A stretch of DNA of 38,644 nucleotides, taken from Ramazzottius varieornatus (lineage: Eukaryota > Animalia > Tardigrada). Both the position numbers and the translations under genes were made by a program. The DNA lies in NCBI GenBank assembly GCA_001949185.1, contig BDGG01000029.1:1-38644 (forward strand), in the 5' to 3' direction. Below, piece after piece: positions 1-12,236 of the stretch. Under the pieces are notes generated by a model, which had not been told where the DNA came from, did not search any database, and saw only the letters and a program-made list of their open reading frames with translations. Position 1 is the stretch's first letter. Each line of letters begins with the position of its first letter.

Positions 1-339
1 GGCTATTACGTAGTGCTCGCAGAGCTTAGTAATACAACCTTGCATGCGACTTGATACCCTATGTTATCCCATGTCAACCCCCTTCAGGTGGCCTAACATG
101 GGATTTTTGGGCACGAGCTGTCGTTGCGGAGCTGGTTTTTTTCGTAAGTTTGTGTTTAAACCCCTCTGCTGAACTTTGCCCAGTGAACGGCAAAGTACAA
201 CATCAGTGGAGATAAGCTTGCGAATGGAATGTGACTGAGGAGAAGCGACAGCACGTCACAAAAGAAGGAGATAAGGCTATAGCATTGTATTCTGAGTCAC
301 AGGGAGTAATTCAATGGTTGGGAACTTGGGATACGCGCT
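1..339. repeat. Dispersed duplicate segment, copy 1 (matches 12237-12575; runs off the window start)
   Basis: 1-339 matches 12237-12575 at a constant offset of 12236 with no mismatch seen. A further short shared motif (CCCGTTAGGGTGCCG) occurs at ~396 and ~12786. Confidence 0.9.
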
Positions 340-536
340 GCCATCATCCCACTTCTCGTTTTCTTCCTTTTTAGCCTCCCTCGGCGGCAACAGTACCCGT
401 TAGGGTGCCGCCCCGCGAATTATCAATGTTACATCGATACGATTTGCCAGTCTGAAAATACGCAGGCTCTGAACAGAGTCGCATACAGGCTCCCATACGG
501 AATTTCACTACTCCATGACTAGTAAAATCCACCAGT

Positions 537-1157
537 TAGAGCTGGCAACGATACGGTATACCGATATCGTATCGAAATATATCGAATCTTTGCGATAAAA
601 TATGCGGCAGATATCTTATCGAAAATATCGATATAAAGCTCGTATCGAATAACGCAATGGAATATTCGGCGATATCGTATCGCGCCATATCGGTATATTT
701 TCGATATATCGGTGTTTTGCTGAATGTCAAACTCTCCAGTAATATCTCGTTTACGGAAGACCATGGTTGATTTTAAAGATTTGATTTTGGCCATGGTGTA
801 CCGAGCACACTCCGCCCATTCAGTTCTGGTACTAAATCTGTCCAGGTTTCCATGTGTTTGAAGTCCTATTATAGTCATGTCTTTGCAGCTTGCGACGCTT
901 TCGATCTTACTGATACTTTATGTGGAGATCGGCTTCTTGAGTTTCTGGGCCTGAACCAGTGGAATTCCAAAAAACTAAAATTCCAGAAATACCGATATAT
1001 CGCTGTGATATGATACGATATATCGAAAATATGGTAACGGAAAAATATCGTATCGAAATATCGATATCGACTGAATATCGAAGACCGCAGTAAAATATCC
1101 GCCGATATTGTTTCGAAAAATGTCGTGTCGAGTTTTATCGTATTTTTGCCAGCGCTA
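537..1157. mobile_element. Non-autonomous hAT-type MITE, family A, copy 1
   Basis: Imperfect TIRs TAGAGCTGGCAA...TTGCCAGCGCTA, (G)ATATCG/ATACGA-rich subterminal arrays, near-identical to 12836-13408 (inverted) and 14546-15206. TSD not preserved in this copy. Confidence 0.85.
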
Positions 1158-1349
1158 GCTTCCGGGGCTGAGAGTTCCTGACTTCAGCCGTTGCGGTACC
1201 CGTCAAAGAAGGCGAGCTGTTGTATGAATGAGACTATAGTGTAGAAAACGCATCCCTTCCGGTGGTCACGTGATCTTATAACACTAATCAAGGGTAACTA
1301 AGGTCACGTGACCATCGGAAGGAATGCATTTTCAGCACTTTTTGATTTG

Positions 1350-1473
1350 ATGAATTACGAGCTAAGAAACGCAACAAGTTTTTGCGATCAGGACACAATG
1401 TACACATTCATCTCGCTTGTGGATTTTTCTGAAGATCGGCGACCTCGTCGGGAGACACCGGTTGTTGTTTCTA
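1350..1473 (+). pseudogene. Orphan exon fragment paralogous to the first visible exon of the NPR-like receptor at the window end
   Basis: Translates to NYELRNATSFCDQDTMYTFISLVDFSEDRRPRRETPVVV, versus NYELRNATSYCDQDALYHTLSSVVDLYKKQRTHRERPVVV at ~38360-38477 (-). No splice donor at the equivalent position and no further exons found. Confidence 0.75.
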
Positions 1474-2700
1474 TCAATATTAACCGCGGCGCAAATAGTG
1501 AGAACGCATCGTGTATTCATTTCTCACGGGAATCGGTGAGTGGCTCTTGGTACCGTAGTGCTACCAGTTCCTGGCGCCCTCAACCGTATCTTATCATCCG
1601 CCGCGGCGAGCTGCTCCTTTCTCTCTCAACCCGTTGCAGAATTCGCTCGAGTTACATACAGGTTGAGTCACAATGCTTCGACCGATTTTGAACTTTTGCA
1701 GAAAATTCAGTATCTACCCTTCTGCCTCCTAATTTCTTCCCTAGGTAGCCCAAACATCTACGATCATCCTTAATTTTTTGGTGATGCTTGCCCGCATCTG
1801 AAAAATTATGCAGAAACAAGCCTCTAAAGGTCGTCAAACGCCCCTCGACTCAACTTGACGCTTAAGATTGCAACTCTGCCTGAGCCAATCTTTCCATTCT
1901 ATCGCTCATTTGATAGACCGGTCTTTCAGCTATTGATTCCATGTAAAAATTTTAAAGTCGCCTCAGGTTTGGCCAAAACAATTAGACTTCAATGGTCACT
2001 TCTCGGCCAGATATTCCTGAATTAATCAAAAATTTTGCGGCTGCCGAGTTAAAGCGTTACGCTCTTTCATGTGATTTCCGGCTGATAAACTGTTACGTAA
2101 CACCTACCTATACTTGTATACAAGCCGTTCGCTTCGCCTTCGGCTTGCTCGCAGCTTGTCAATGATGTAGAAAAACGGAAACGCGTAGCGCGGAGGAGCG
2201 GCAGTGTAAATATTGAAAGTTATGGTCAGTCTGGACTGAGAAGATCCCGTAGGCTCGCTCTAAACACAGTGGACTGACGAGGGAACGTTCGCGTGCGCAA
2301 ATTCAATCCATAGAAAAACTTCGATGTTGTTTGATTTCAAACCGAATTTTTTCATCAGATATAAAAAGATGCCCGGAGAATAGAAAGTTTGTCGCGTCTT
2401 TGACGTTCGCGCTTGAAGACTCTTGAAACCCGTCTTGAAACCCGTAACCAAACTCAGTAGGATAGCCACTTTTCGGTTAGCGGTGTTGGCATACATGAAT
2501 ATTATATTAAATTAGAACTTATTAGATGCTTTTTGCATCTAACATAACATATTAATATTTATTAGATACCTCGATCGAGGTGGGATATTTATTAGTATCA
2601 AATCAGATGGGAGCCAGAGCTGAAGATATATTAATATCAACTCGCAGAGCGCTCCATATCAGAATTATCAACCGCGATTTCGGCTGCGGTTTGATTAGAT

Positions 2701-4925
2701 TAAGGATGGGGGTTCCAAGTTCCGTTCCATTCCAATTCCTATAGGAGCATAGGAATTCCTTCCAGTTCCAGCTGAACTCGATTTGGAGAACTGGAATTCC
2801 TATTTGGAAAACTAAACGCGATTTGGAATTCCAGCTGTCAATCAATGTGAAGAACTGGAGTTCCTGTTTGGAAACCAGGAACCGATCTGCAATTCCAGTT
2901 GCGATCTAATGTAGCTGACTTGGCGCAGTGGGACTGCGAAAGCTTCCACCAAGTAACTAAATTTTTGAAAGTTTCTTGCCTTTTTAGTACAGTATTTGCG
3001 ATACCGCGCTAGCAGATTACTTTAAACAATACAGTGGGTGCACCTACTGTATTGTTCATTCTGTCGTTCTTTGTTGTGTTCTTCTTCCCAGAGAACAGAT
3101 GGCTTCTTCGGAGGAGGATGAGTCTTGCGTGCTGGAGGTGAAACGAGAGGCAAAGTTACGCCTGGACATATGGGACGAATTCGACAGGAAGAAGGAGAAA
3201 ATCGAGAAGACGCGGCATCACCAAGCTACTTGCAAGCATTGCAAGAAAGCGAACGTCCTTCGACTGGAGATTATTCGTGGTGAGAAGTACTATCTGCAAT
3301 ACCACCTGACCAAATGCAAGCATGTTCCTAAAGAACTCAAGAGTAAGTATGCTGCAAAACCCGAGAAGAAAGCAGAGCCTGATCCAAGAGGCAAGAAACA
3401 GTCGAGTATGTTTGGATTTCTGGATCGAACCTTGACCAGAGTCGAGAAGCAGCAGTTCGGGATACTTCTTGCGGACACCTGGGCTGACTGCAACTTCTCC
3501 TTACAGTCCATTGAGAATGAATCACTGGTCAAGTTGTTTCAGTTTCTACGACCAACCGTGGAAATACCTTCCCGAAGGGTTTTGACGGATCGAATCCTGA
3601 AATCGAGAATCGACGATGCTGTATCGCAGGTCACGCAAGCCATCAGCCACAAGAAGGATGTCACATTGACGTTTGATGGCTTCAAAAACGTTTCTCAGAA
3701 CAAACTCTTGGGTAGGTCTCTTCTTTTTGTTCTCTTGATGTTACTCCAACCGGTGGTGCACCACCGGTTGGTTACGTCTGTTTACCGTTTGAGACTGATG
3801 GTTGTTTTCGCAGGTTTCGTGGCGATTGCCCGTGACGACAATGGAACGAATAGTCATGTGTTCGAAAGCGTGAAAGATATCAGTGGTCTCAACTACAACG
3901 GGGAATACGTCGTTGCTGAAGTCGACGCAGTCATACAGACAATGGAGCACAAGTACGGAAGTACGTTTCGTGCTGTTACATGCGATTCAGATGGCGCTCA
4001 CATCAAGGCTCGTCGACTGTTGTCTGCAAAGAACGAACACATGCTGATCCTAGCTTGTAGTGCCCACCAGGTCAATCTCATCTTTAAAGACCAAGTATGC
4101 ATCTCAGTTTGACAATCCGTTTGACTTCTGGGAGTATGCTTCAGCCGCCCACAAGGAGCTGGCAGAGCTGGCCGTTGTTCTTCTTAAAGTCTCACCGCAT
4201 GCGGCAGGTAAGGTCTGTGATGAACATATCGGGTGGTGCACCACCTGATATTAACGGCATCCAATTAATAACCCCCAAATAAACTGTTTTTTAATCGTAA
4301 TACTTCGTTCCGCAGGTGTGGAAAGATTTTGGAGTACGACGGGTGGAGTACACAATATAGAAAAGAACCGCATGCGAGTGGAGCTTGCGACTGGACTTTC
4401 CACCATTAGGATGTAGCTACGCCGTGGACGACCCTCGAAGAAACGTCGACTGGAGGATCTCGAAAAGGAAGTAGGGGAGGTGAATTTTGATCGACTTGGT
4501 CGAGCCGACGGGGTGTGCACCTGCTGACGCTCGAAGCACGTTGACTAACCAGCAAAGTATTGTTGATGAGTTTTCGGACTTCATTGATGTTTTCTTGGAA
4601 GCTGGCGTTGAAGATGCGGCTGAGCTAGTCAGTGATTCAGTGACTGTGGATTTCTTCACGTTGATCGACTTGCTTGGGTACAAACCGCCGGTTGAACAGA
4701 ACATGTGATGTTTACTATGATAGACTATTTGTGTTACAGTATTTGGACCTGATTTTCGGCAGTAAATTGCTGTTCCTACTGTTTCCTAAGCTTTTAATGA
4801 ACTTTTTGGAATTCCGATTATTAACCTGTTTGATTTGGAAACTGGAATGCAGGAATTTAGGAACTCTTCGGAATTCCATCCAGTTCCAGTTCCAAGGAGC
4901 TAGTCCATAGGAATTCCCATCCTTA
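2701..4925 (+). mobile_element. hAT DNA transposon, internally deleted
   Basis: TIRs TAAGGATGGG...CCCATCCTTA; 8-bp TSD GATTAGAT/GATTGGAT (7/8); GGAATTCC/TTCCAG subterminal repeats; contains a transposase remnant. Confidence 0.92.
3099..4416 (+). pseudogene. Defective hAT transposase (BED zinc finger, start of DDE domain, C-terminal dimerisation domain)
   Basis: IWDEF..ATCKHC..HLTKC BED finger; LTFDG; AVTCDSDG; ACSAHQVNL (CxxH). A frame jump at ~4094 leads straight into FDFWEY..ELAELAVVLLKVSPHAAG-VERFWS (dimerisation domain), so the middle of the protein is missing. Introns 3712-3813 and 4208-4315; TAG at 4414-4416. Confidence 0.88.
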
Positions 4926-6395
4926 GATTGGATTAACGCTTGATTTGCGCCATTAAGTCGCGTGACTCTGCACTGTGCGCTGCTGGGTTCGATCACAGCG
5001 CATCATGCACCTGCACGTGAGAGCACATTGATGAAAGTTCAGGGTGATAGATTGAATACCACACTTCGTTTGATTAAACAACGTAGAAATATGAGTTTCA
5101 CGATCCACCTACATACTAACAATGCCCATTCCTCAGTGTGACGCTGCCCGCTTCTCCGGGTCCGGTTTTGCGTTTCCGAACGCTATGTTTTTCGTCTCTT
5201 TTTCTCACGGAATTGTGAATGGAGGAAAGTTCCGTGGCTTCGGTAACACCAAAACAGAGTTAGGACTGACAAAGAAAGCTCCCTTGCTCTGTTCATATAC
5301 GCATCAGAAATATTATGATACATTATAATAAGCACCCGACGAAACAAGTTAATATATTGAAATCATATTAGATGCTCCCAGGCCGTGGCATATTATATTA
5401 AAATTATGTTGAAAATCCGGCAGCCCGAGCTTATTAAATCAAAATTATATTAAGTCGGAATACCCTTACGTCAACATCATTATTTTCGGTGTTTTCGTGA
5501 AATATGAGCCGGACAAGCAGATAACAGAAACAGTCGACTAGATCGACTAGTTACTGAAAGTACTGCTTTTCCGGCTTAATATTAGTGAACCGATCTAGAA
5601 TCAGATTTTTAGACGATTAGGTATTCGGTGTGCCAGCTCAAAGTCGAGATTCACTCGATGAAACTGTTTCACAAATGCGGCCAGGGATCCGAGCAAAATG
5701 CAATTCTTTTCTCGAGATTTCGTTCCAGCTAGGTATTCAATAGAATTGCAAAGTTAGCAGAATACTTCGAGCAGTATGTATGGTCTGTCCAACGGTTATT
5801 GGGGAATACCGCGGAAGTTCTGGAACTCGGTCGTTCGGTCAGGCTGATTCCGCCAAAGTGTGACACCAAGCTTTCTGGAAACATCTAACCAAAGCCACTC
5901 TCGCAGCGGTGAACTTGGTTAAGGCCATGAAACTATAGTACTAAAATTTGCATTTATCGCAAATAGCGAGAGAAGCGCTCACTCACCACATGAACCGCGG
6001 CTGCAAGAGAAAATAGAGGGGACCATGCAGGAGACAGTGCGAAGTTAGAAGGGAGCCTTGCTTTCTACTTCCCCCTCGGACGATCAGATGGCAACAGGAC
6101 CATTCCGCAATGTACTTCGTTGAGTAAAATACTCAAACTAATTCGTACGAGGAATTTTCGGCGAAGATAAACAAATAGCCGAAAGAATAGAGTATCGTTC
6201 AGCACCAAACGCAAAACCAAAAGAAATCAGCAGTGTGCTGTGCAAGCAGTACTGTTGATGTTGCGGCCAGAATTGAGAAGGGCCAGAGAGCAGAGGTTTT
6301 CGACCTGCGAGCAATTTTCTTCTTATTACTTAATGTTTGATTGTCATACTTTTCTCGTTCTTTCGAACTTGCAAAGTTAAAAGTTTCATCTAGTA

Positions 6396-6582
6396 CACGC
6401 ACAGCGGGAAATTATGGGGCCAGTAAAAATTATGGGACCAGGCTTTTTCGCTACGGCGGTACGGAAGCACGTACCTGCGTGACCGATTCAAAGTGATGCA
6501 CTTTNNNNNNNNNNNNNNNNNNNNNNNNNNNNNNNNNNNNNNNNNNNNNNNNNNCCGGCCCCATAATTTCCCGTCGTGCGTG
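6396..6582. mobile_element. TA-flanked MITE family B, copy 1 (spans an N gap)
   Basis: TA|CACGCACAGCGGGAAATTATGGG...CCCATAATTTCCCGTCGTGCGTG|TA. Homologous to 27451-27645 (shared TTTTCGCTACGGCGGTA). Confidence 0.75.
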
Positions 6583-7951
6583 TACGGTTTGTGGAAACGT
6601 TTGTTTCGGAAATACTTCTCAGGCTTGACATCCAGTTTGGAGCGCGAACGATGTGTCCGATGACACATTGTTTCAGTGGGCCAGCTTTCTACTCTTTTAC
6701 CTCCCCCCCCGCCCCGTTTACCTTGACTAACAGAGGCCAAAGAGTGTCACCGCCTTAACCGCTGCGAGAGTCGCTCTGATCTAGGCCACCGACCACTCTC
6801 TACAACTTTACATGTGGCCTTCGGGAACGTTCGGTCCGCTGGGAAACCATTTGCCCCAAAGACATTAGATCAGCGAAACACAGGTGAAGTTCGAGTAGGT
6901 CTGAACCACCAAGTTCCAAATAGTGGGCGGAACTGGGACGAACCTTGTTGAGTTCCTCGCTTGTAACTATCGAGAAAACTTCCACAGGAAGATCTATGTA
7001 GCAGCGCACATAGACGTCGGGAATCGAGCTGCCTGAAGTATTTGCTAGTTTGCTAGGCAATGAGCCGCATCATGAAAACACGCAGGAGCCATGAAAATTG
7101 CAAGAAAAAATCAAAATCTAAACTACAGAATAGAAAACTGAAAACCCGACCACGTTGGCGACAGCTAGACAACATTCCTGAATTTTGGGCAAAGTTTGAA
7201 CCAATTTGGGCTGAAACTGGGCGAACGCGAGAGCGTACAGTGAAAATAAATGGATAGCAGTATATATAAATTAGGACCTATACGTGTATACCTTTATAGT
7301 ATATACTTGTAATTAAAATATTGTTAGATATCTTTAGTTCTGTCAAAAGCGAAAAACTGAAGAGAACCACAATCTTTTCACTGCAGTCACCCACTCACCC
7401 CCTCTAGAGGAGACCTCGGAGACAAATCTTGAAACTATTAAATTTTGTCTAACGACTTAAACCCTGGTGGACAGATTAGCGTTGGCGAAAAAGTTTTGGA
7501 AACCTTCGTTTGGCAGCAAACAAATTCGAAGTATGCCGAGTTCATGGTCCAAAAAGGTACCCTGATTTCGGGGTCGCTGAAACTTTTGTCTCAAAGTTTT
7601 TTGTGAAGCGTGTAAACGCAATGAAGCGCTTAGAGATCATGTACACACGTTAGAGCTACTTTTTGGCGAAATTTGAAAGCAGGCGGGTCAACGCTGAGTT
7701 TTCCACAACAGTTCGAAATCGGTCGAAGTATTCTGACCCAACCTGTACTCTGACAAAAAGTCCTAGTTGCTAATTTTATCTCTATTTTATCGCCTGTATT
7801 GTAGCTGAGCTGTTCAGTTTTGCACACCCTTGGTACGATACAATCCAGTGTGAGGTTTAAAATGCAAGGTGTTCTTATTCTATGAAGTTCGGCAAGAAGT
7901 GTATTAATCACAAAAGGCCAAAAACGGCACTACGTAACTTCCCGTGAGAAG

Positions 7952-9976
7952 TTAAGAGTTGAAAACCTCGACCTCTTCTATTTCGTCGTCGGACAGCACG
8001 GTCTGCGACAGAGAATTCCCTCGCGAGGTAGTGTTTGGTATCTTGTCGCTAATTTGATCGTCATTCGTCGAGTATCCTGAGCCCCTTGCCTGTTTCTCGA
8101 CATTCAAAGACCGAATTTTATCAAGCAAGCTGTTCTTCAGCACCGTCTTCTTCGAGGCTTGTTCATCATCAGCCGGTTTCGAATTCGCCGGGTAAACTTC
8201 CTGGTCATTCGGTGGGGACTCAGTATTCGGGCTGGCGGATGGTCGATCCTCCGATAGCACCCTCTCGTCATGGTCGCGTAACAAATCAGGTGACGTTCTG
8301 GTCTGCCGAGCGTTCAGATACTTCTCTGCCACCGACTCGACATCGGCGACCACAACCACCGACGCCCTTTTCTTTGTGTTCTCCGAAGTGTTGTACGCCT
8401 CGCGGTCAGCGACATCCGTAGAAGTCACGTCGTGGAACTGTCGAATGAACGAAGGTTTGGCGTTTATGTTCACTTCGCTATGTGTTTCGGGTTTCGTGAA
8501 GTTGGAAGAGAGAGCTTGGTTTGTGACGACAGAGGGTTTGCGACTGGGAGCGGCGGAGGACACGGCTGAGGACGGACCTTGACTGCGTGCTCTAGCGTGA
8601 TGACCGGGCCGAGTTTCGATGCGTTTTAAATTGGCTTTGAGCTCGGTGTTTTCGGCCAGAAGTTCTTCGTACTTGGTGTTGAGATCTTTCAGTCGGCTGT
8701 CAGAAAACTGTCGCTCGCGCTTTTGAGACTTCTGGAGACTTGCAACGCGCTTTTCGCTTTCCTAAATAAAAACAGCAAAAAATCGAACGTGACAAAATCG
8801 AAAATCGACTATCGATACAAGAAATTGACGATGAAATATTGACGAGATTTCATCGCAAAAATTTCTGAAGGGATTAGATTTTCGAAAGACTGGATATTCA
8901 CAAGGGCACGGTGCGTTTGAGGTTGTCTTCTCAAACTGCAGCTGAGTTCTTACCTGGAGCTTATCTTCGAGTTCGCAAACCTGCTTGGTCATTGCATCAC
9001 GCTCTTCTTTCAGCGTCTTCCCACTAAACAAGTCCTGATCATTAGCGATCCCACGTAATTGATCACGTTCCTTCTCGACGCTCTGCAAAGTACTCTCCAG
9101 CGCACGATGTTGTTCTCGTAACTGCGCATACTTATGCCGCGCCTGCCGTAAGTGCTCCCTCGTGATTCTCCCATCTTCTTCGCTTTTCTGAAGCAAGGAC
9201 GGAAAACGATCTCCGTCGCCCTCATATTGGCCCAGTGCCTTGCCCTGTACACGGTACATTTGGTTCAGAGTCCGCACTTCCCGCTTCAGGTTCTCCACTT
9301 GCGTGCGAAGCAAGTTGCGCTGTCAAAAGCAATTATGAATGAAATTTCATCATGTAACGATGAAGGAGACCTGTTAACTGGTACGAGGAAGGTATCCGGT
9401 ATCCCAGAAGGCTGATTGTTTAATACTGTACCTCATTTTCCAGGTCGCCCACGCGCTTAGCCTTTGCTGATAATATCTTCTCCGCGACTTGATTAGTGCT
9501 CGATCGGGACATAATTTTGGTGAAATTCCTTCCGTATGCTGATGATATCGTGGCTGGAAAGAGCAACGAACATATTGAAAATCAATCATCGCAATGTTTT
9601 GGTTAAATTTACGTGGAACTTCTAGCGGAAATCAATAGTACTCAAGAAAAGCCGTAAGAAAAAATCAGGAAGCAAAATTGCCGGTCATTCTTGGCTTACG
9701 CAAACGGATGCTGCTGTTGAAGGTCGATGCGGAGCTTTTCTTATCTGAGTTGCTGAACGTAGCGCTCGTTCGTCCATTCACCACAGTGCCGGACACAGAC
9801 TTCCGAAAATGATTCCCGGTTACATACGTTTGGTTCAGCCGATGCTGGAGTTCCGCGATGGTAGGCTGCGGGGGTCTTCGCTTTGCTGCTGTGAGGTTTG
9901 TTGGTGGGTCAGGTGGCATCATTTGCAGCGACTCGTCGAAATCTTCATCGTACCTGCCGTGATCGTGACCGTTCAT
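7952..9976 (-). CDS. LCA5: Lebercilin (LCA5/LCA5L)-like ciliary coiled-coil protein, ~524 aa
   Basis: Exons 9976-9700, 9553-9432, 9319-8954 and 8761-7952 join in phase via GT-AG introns. The motif KILSAKAKRVGDLENE-RNLLRTQVENLKREVRTLNQMYRVQGKALGQYEG..FPSLL matches the lebercilin domain pattern. Confidence 0.82.
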
Positions 9977-10380
9977 GCCTGATGTACACTTTGAACTCAG
10001 ATATCAAAACTATCTAAAGTTCAAATGAAAGCACATCTTTTTCTGTGTTAGCTTTGCGTCAACAACTCGCTGTCAGAGGCATATTTCAAACACACTCGAG
10101 AGTCATGCAAAGACTTGTGGAGTAGGATAGACACTGACTGCAGGAGAACTGGGACAACAAACACCAATAGGTTTAACTCGCTGTTTCCACCCACTGCGTA
10201 GACAACGATGAAGCAGCGCTTGTGCTATAGTGTAGATCAATGAAAACACAGGTCAGCTCTACTAACTCCGATCGATAAAAGTATGTAAGGTAACCGGCGC
10301 CGTGCTGTAAACTCTGGCTGTATGGACCGTGAAAGAATATTGTAGCTTTCTGTCTTTAGAATCTAGATCTGTATTTGTAC

Positions 10381-10525
10381 ACGCACCAAAAAGTTTGGAT
10401 CAGACGGAAAACTCAAAATTCAACCATAGAGAACTGCCAAAAAGTGCATTGGTGTGAACTGCACACGTCCGTACGTAATTCCGTTCCGCTGTTTCGGAAT
10501 CGCCTCATCCAAACTTTTTACCGCT
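10381..10525. repeat. Short MITE-like repeat family C, copy 1
   Basis: AAAAAGTTTGGA...TCCAAACTTTTT inverted ends; homologous to 31175-31317 in inverted orientation (shared AAAAAGTGCATTGGTGTGAACTGCA). Confidence 0.7.
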
Positions 10526-10907
10526 CCCAATCTATGAGAAACCACGTACAGCCATGATTTATGAAAGTAGAATCCAAGCGACACGCTGAACTCGAATATA
10601 TCACTGCGGTGGTTTACAATTTACATTGTTGATTGAGATAGTGTAGATTCGCGCTGTCGACCCCTCCAGCAGAACAAATTCTCCACATTTCAGACCGATG
10701 ATTCAGCAAACCATTTTCACCTTTCTACAGATTATAAAGAAGCAATGTGGGGGGGGGGGGGTTGTTCCGTGTACGTGATAAAAAGGGAGACGCTGAGCCA
10801 TTTTCTTCTAGATACAGGAAATGTCATTACAGTGCAGACCGAACAGAAGGCTGATCAAGGTCCCATATGTCAATCTGTCCACGATGGATGTGATGAGTCT
10901 ACTTCAT

Positions 10908-11949
10908 TCAGGCGCTCCCAGTCAACCGTCGCTTCTTCACCACCAGAGCCGAGGTGATGATCAGAACGACAACTCCAGCCACGTTCATGTAGAAGACGTT
11001 ATCTACAACAAACAACCGGAAGAACGTTACAAAAAAACAGCTGTCATACTGAAGAGACCAAGTCTTACCCAGAACCATGCGAAGACGGTCAGTCAAGAAG
11101 ATCAAGTCCTCAGTGTCAGCTGGCGGCGCGATGGTAGTTGGGACGGCAGGAGTGGCGGGAGTGGCAGTTGGAGCCGCAGTGGTCGTCACCAGCTGCCAGA
11201 TCTCGCCAACAGGGTTCCAACGGTATCGGTCAGGCGACTGGCAGAAGTAGCGACCAACGGTTCGGATGCCCAAGGAGAAGCCACTGAAGAGCATGGCGAA
11301 GAGAGCCCAGAAGAGATAGCGCGGTGCTCCGTGAGCGACACCAACCAGGCCTGCGCGGACAATCAACGGTTGCGTCTTGATTGATCGAAACAACAAACAG
11401 CTCATTTCGATTGGCCGTAGTGCGCACTATGCACAGCGCAGCACGGACCACGCAAGTCAACCACGATACGCACTGCACTCGGTACAACTCCGCCCCTTTT
11501 CCACTAAATCAGTTGAATGACAATATTCGTTTTGGCTTTTGAGAAAACTTCTCATCGGCCCACTTCTACTTCTTACCTGACACTCCCGCGAAGCACGTGT
11601 AAATGGCCAACATAAAGATGTTGAGAGCGAACCAGAAGCCTCCGTAGGGTTGAGTGACATTGAACAAGTAGTTGTAGGCCGCAGTGGAGCAGGCGTCCAG
11701 AGCGAAGACGCCCACCATCAAGTGCGCCAAGGACGAGATGATCGTCAGGACGTTGAAAATCTTCAGATGAGTCTCCATGCACCTTCCCCATCCCTTGACC
11801 ACGGGCTTAACAGCTGGAGCAGTCGCGACATCTTGCCCAACCTGGATAGCCACGACGATCGGAATGTTGGCTTCGGCCGAGGAATCCGTCAGCAGCTTGT
11901 CACTGTCCACTGCGGGCTTCTCCCCCGTCACGGCGTTGACGAACTTCAT
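10908..11949 (-). CDS. Uncharacterised four-transmembrane protein, ~249 aa
   Basis: Exons 11949-11577, 11350-11069 and 11002-10908 are in phase (750 nt). Four hydrophobic segments, with a Thr/Pro/Ala-rich loop between TM3 and TM4. A 5'UTR acceptor TTTACAG lies just upstream of the ATG. Confidence 0.7.
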
Positions 11950-12129
11950 TCTACGACCTGTAAAGCAGGAGAACAACCTCTTAACAAGTAGGAGGTAACT
12001 GCAGGAGATTTGCGAGCCAGCGGGAAAAAAACGGAGCTTATTCCAACCGGAAACAACAAAAATAACATTGATTTGCGGGAGCTCCGCCCAAAGTAATCAA
12101 TTCTGTGTTAATCAACTTGCTGTTTTTGC

Positions 12130-12187
12130 CAGTTGGTACGACTCGTCCAGCTCGCCGTACGGCGAGCTGGACGAGTCGTATCAACTG
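12130..12187. repeat. 58-bp near-perfect palindrome (perfect 44-bp core 12137-12180)
   Basis: TACGACTCGTCCAGCTCGCCGT|ACGGCGAGCTGGACGAGTCGTA with no spacer; extends with one mismatch to CAGTTG...CAACTG. Confidence 0.95.
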
Positions 12188-12236
12188 TTCGTTTTAATGC
12201 GGATTGATTTATTTTGTTGCCGCCGATACAGTGTGA

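Larger units (their letters stand above)
2478..5482. mobile_element. Older non-autonomous hAT element hosting a nested hAT insertion
   Basis: Perfect 8-bp TSD TTTTCGGT (2470-2477 and 5483-5490). Degenerate TIRs TAGCGGTGTTGGCATA vs TAATGATGTTGACGTA differ only by transitions. ATATTATATTAA / ATTAGATGCT subterminal repeats occur at both ends. Confidence 0.7.

Noticed and set aside
519-878. Repeated ORF 'MT(I/M)IGLQTHGNLDRFSTR...' (also 13116-13448 and 14432-14887) as a gene family
   Set aside because: All three lie within MITE family A copies, read through subterminal repeats and end differently in flanking DNA; no domain is evident.
537-1157. CRISPR-like array in the ATATCG repeats
   Set aside because: Irregular short motifs without constant repeat-spacer structure; eukaryotic context; no cas genes.
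10749-10762. Poly-G run
   Set aside because: Simple homopolymer; no supporting context for a function.
10821-11384. 187-aa + strand ORF
   Set aside because: Antisense shadow of the spliced 4-TM gene; no recognisable features.
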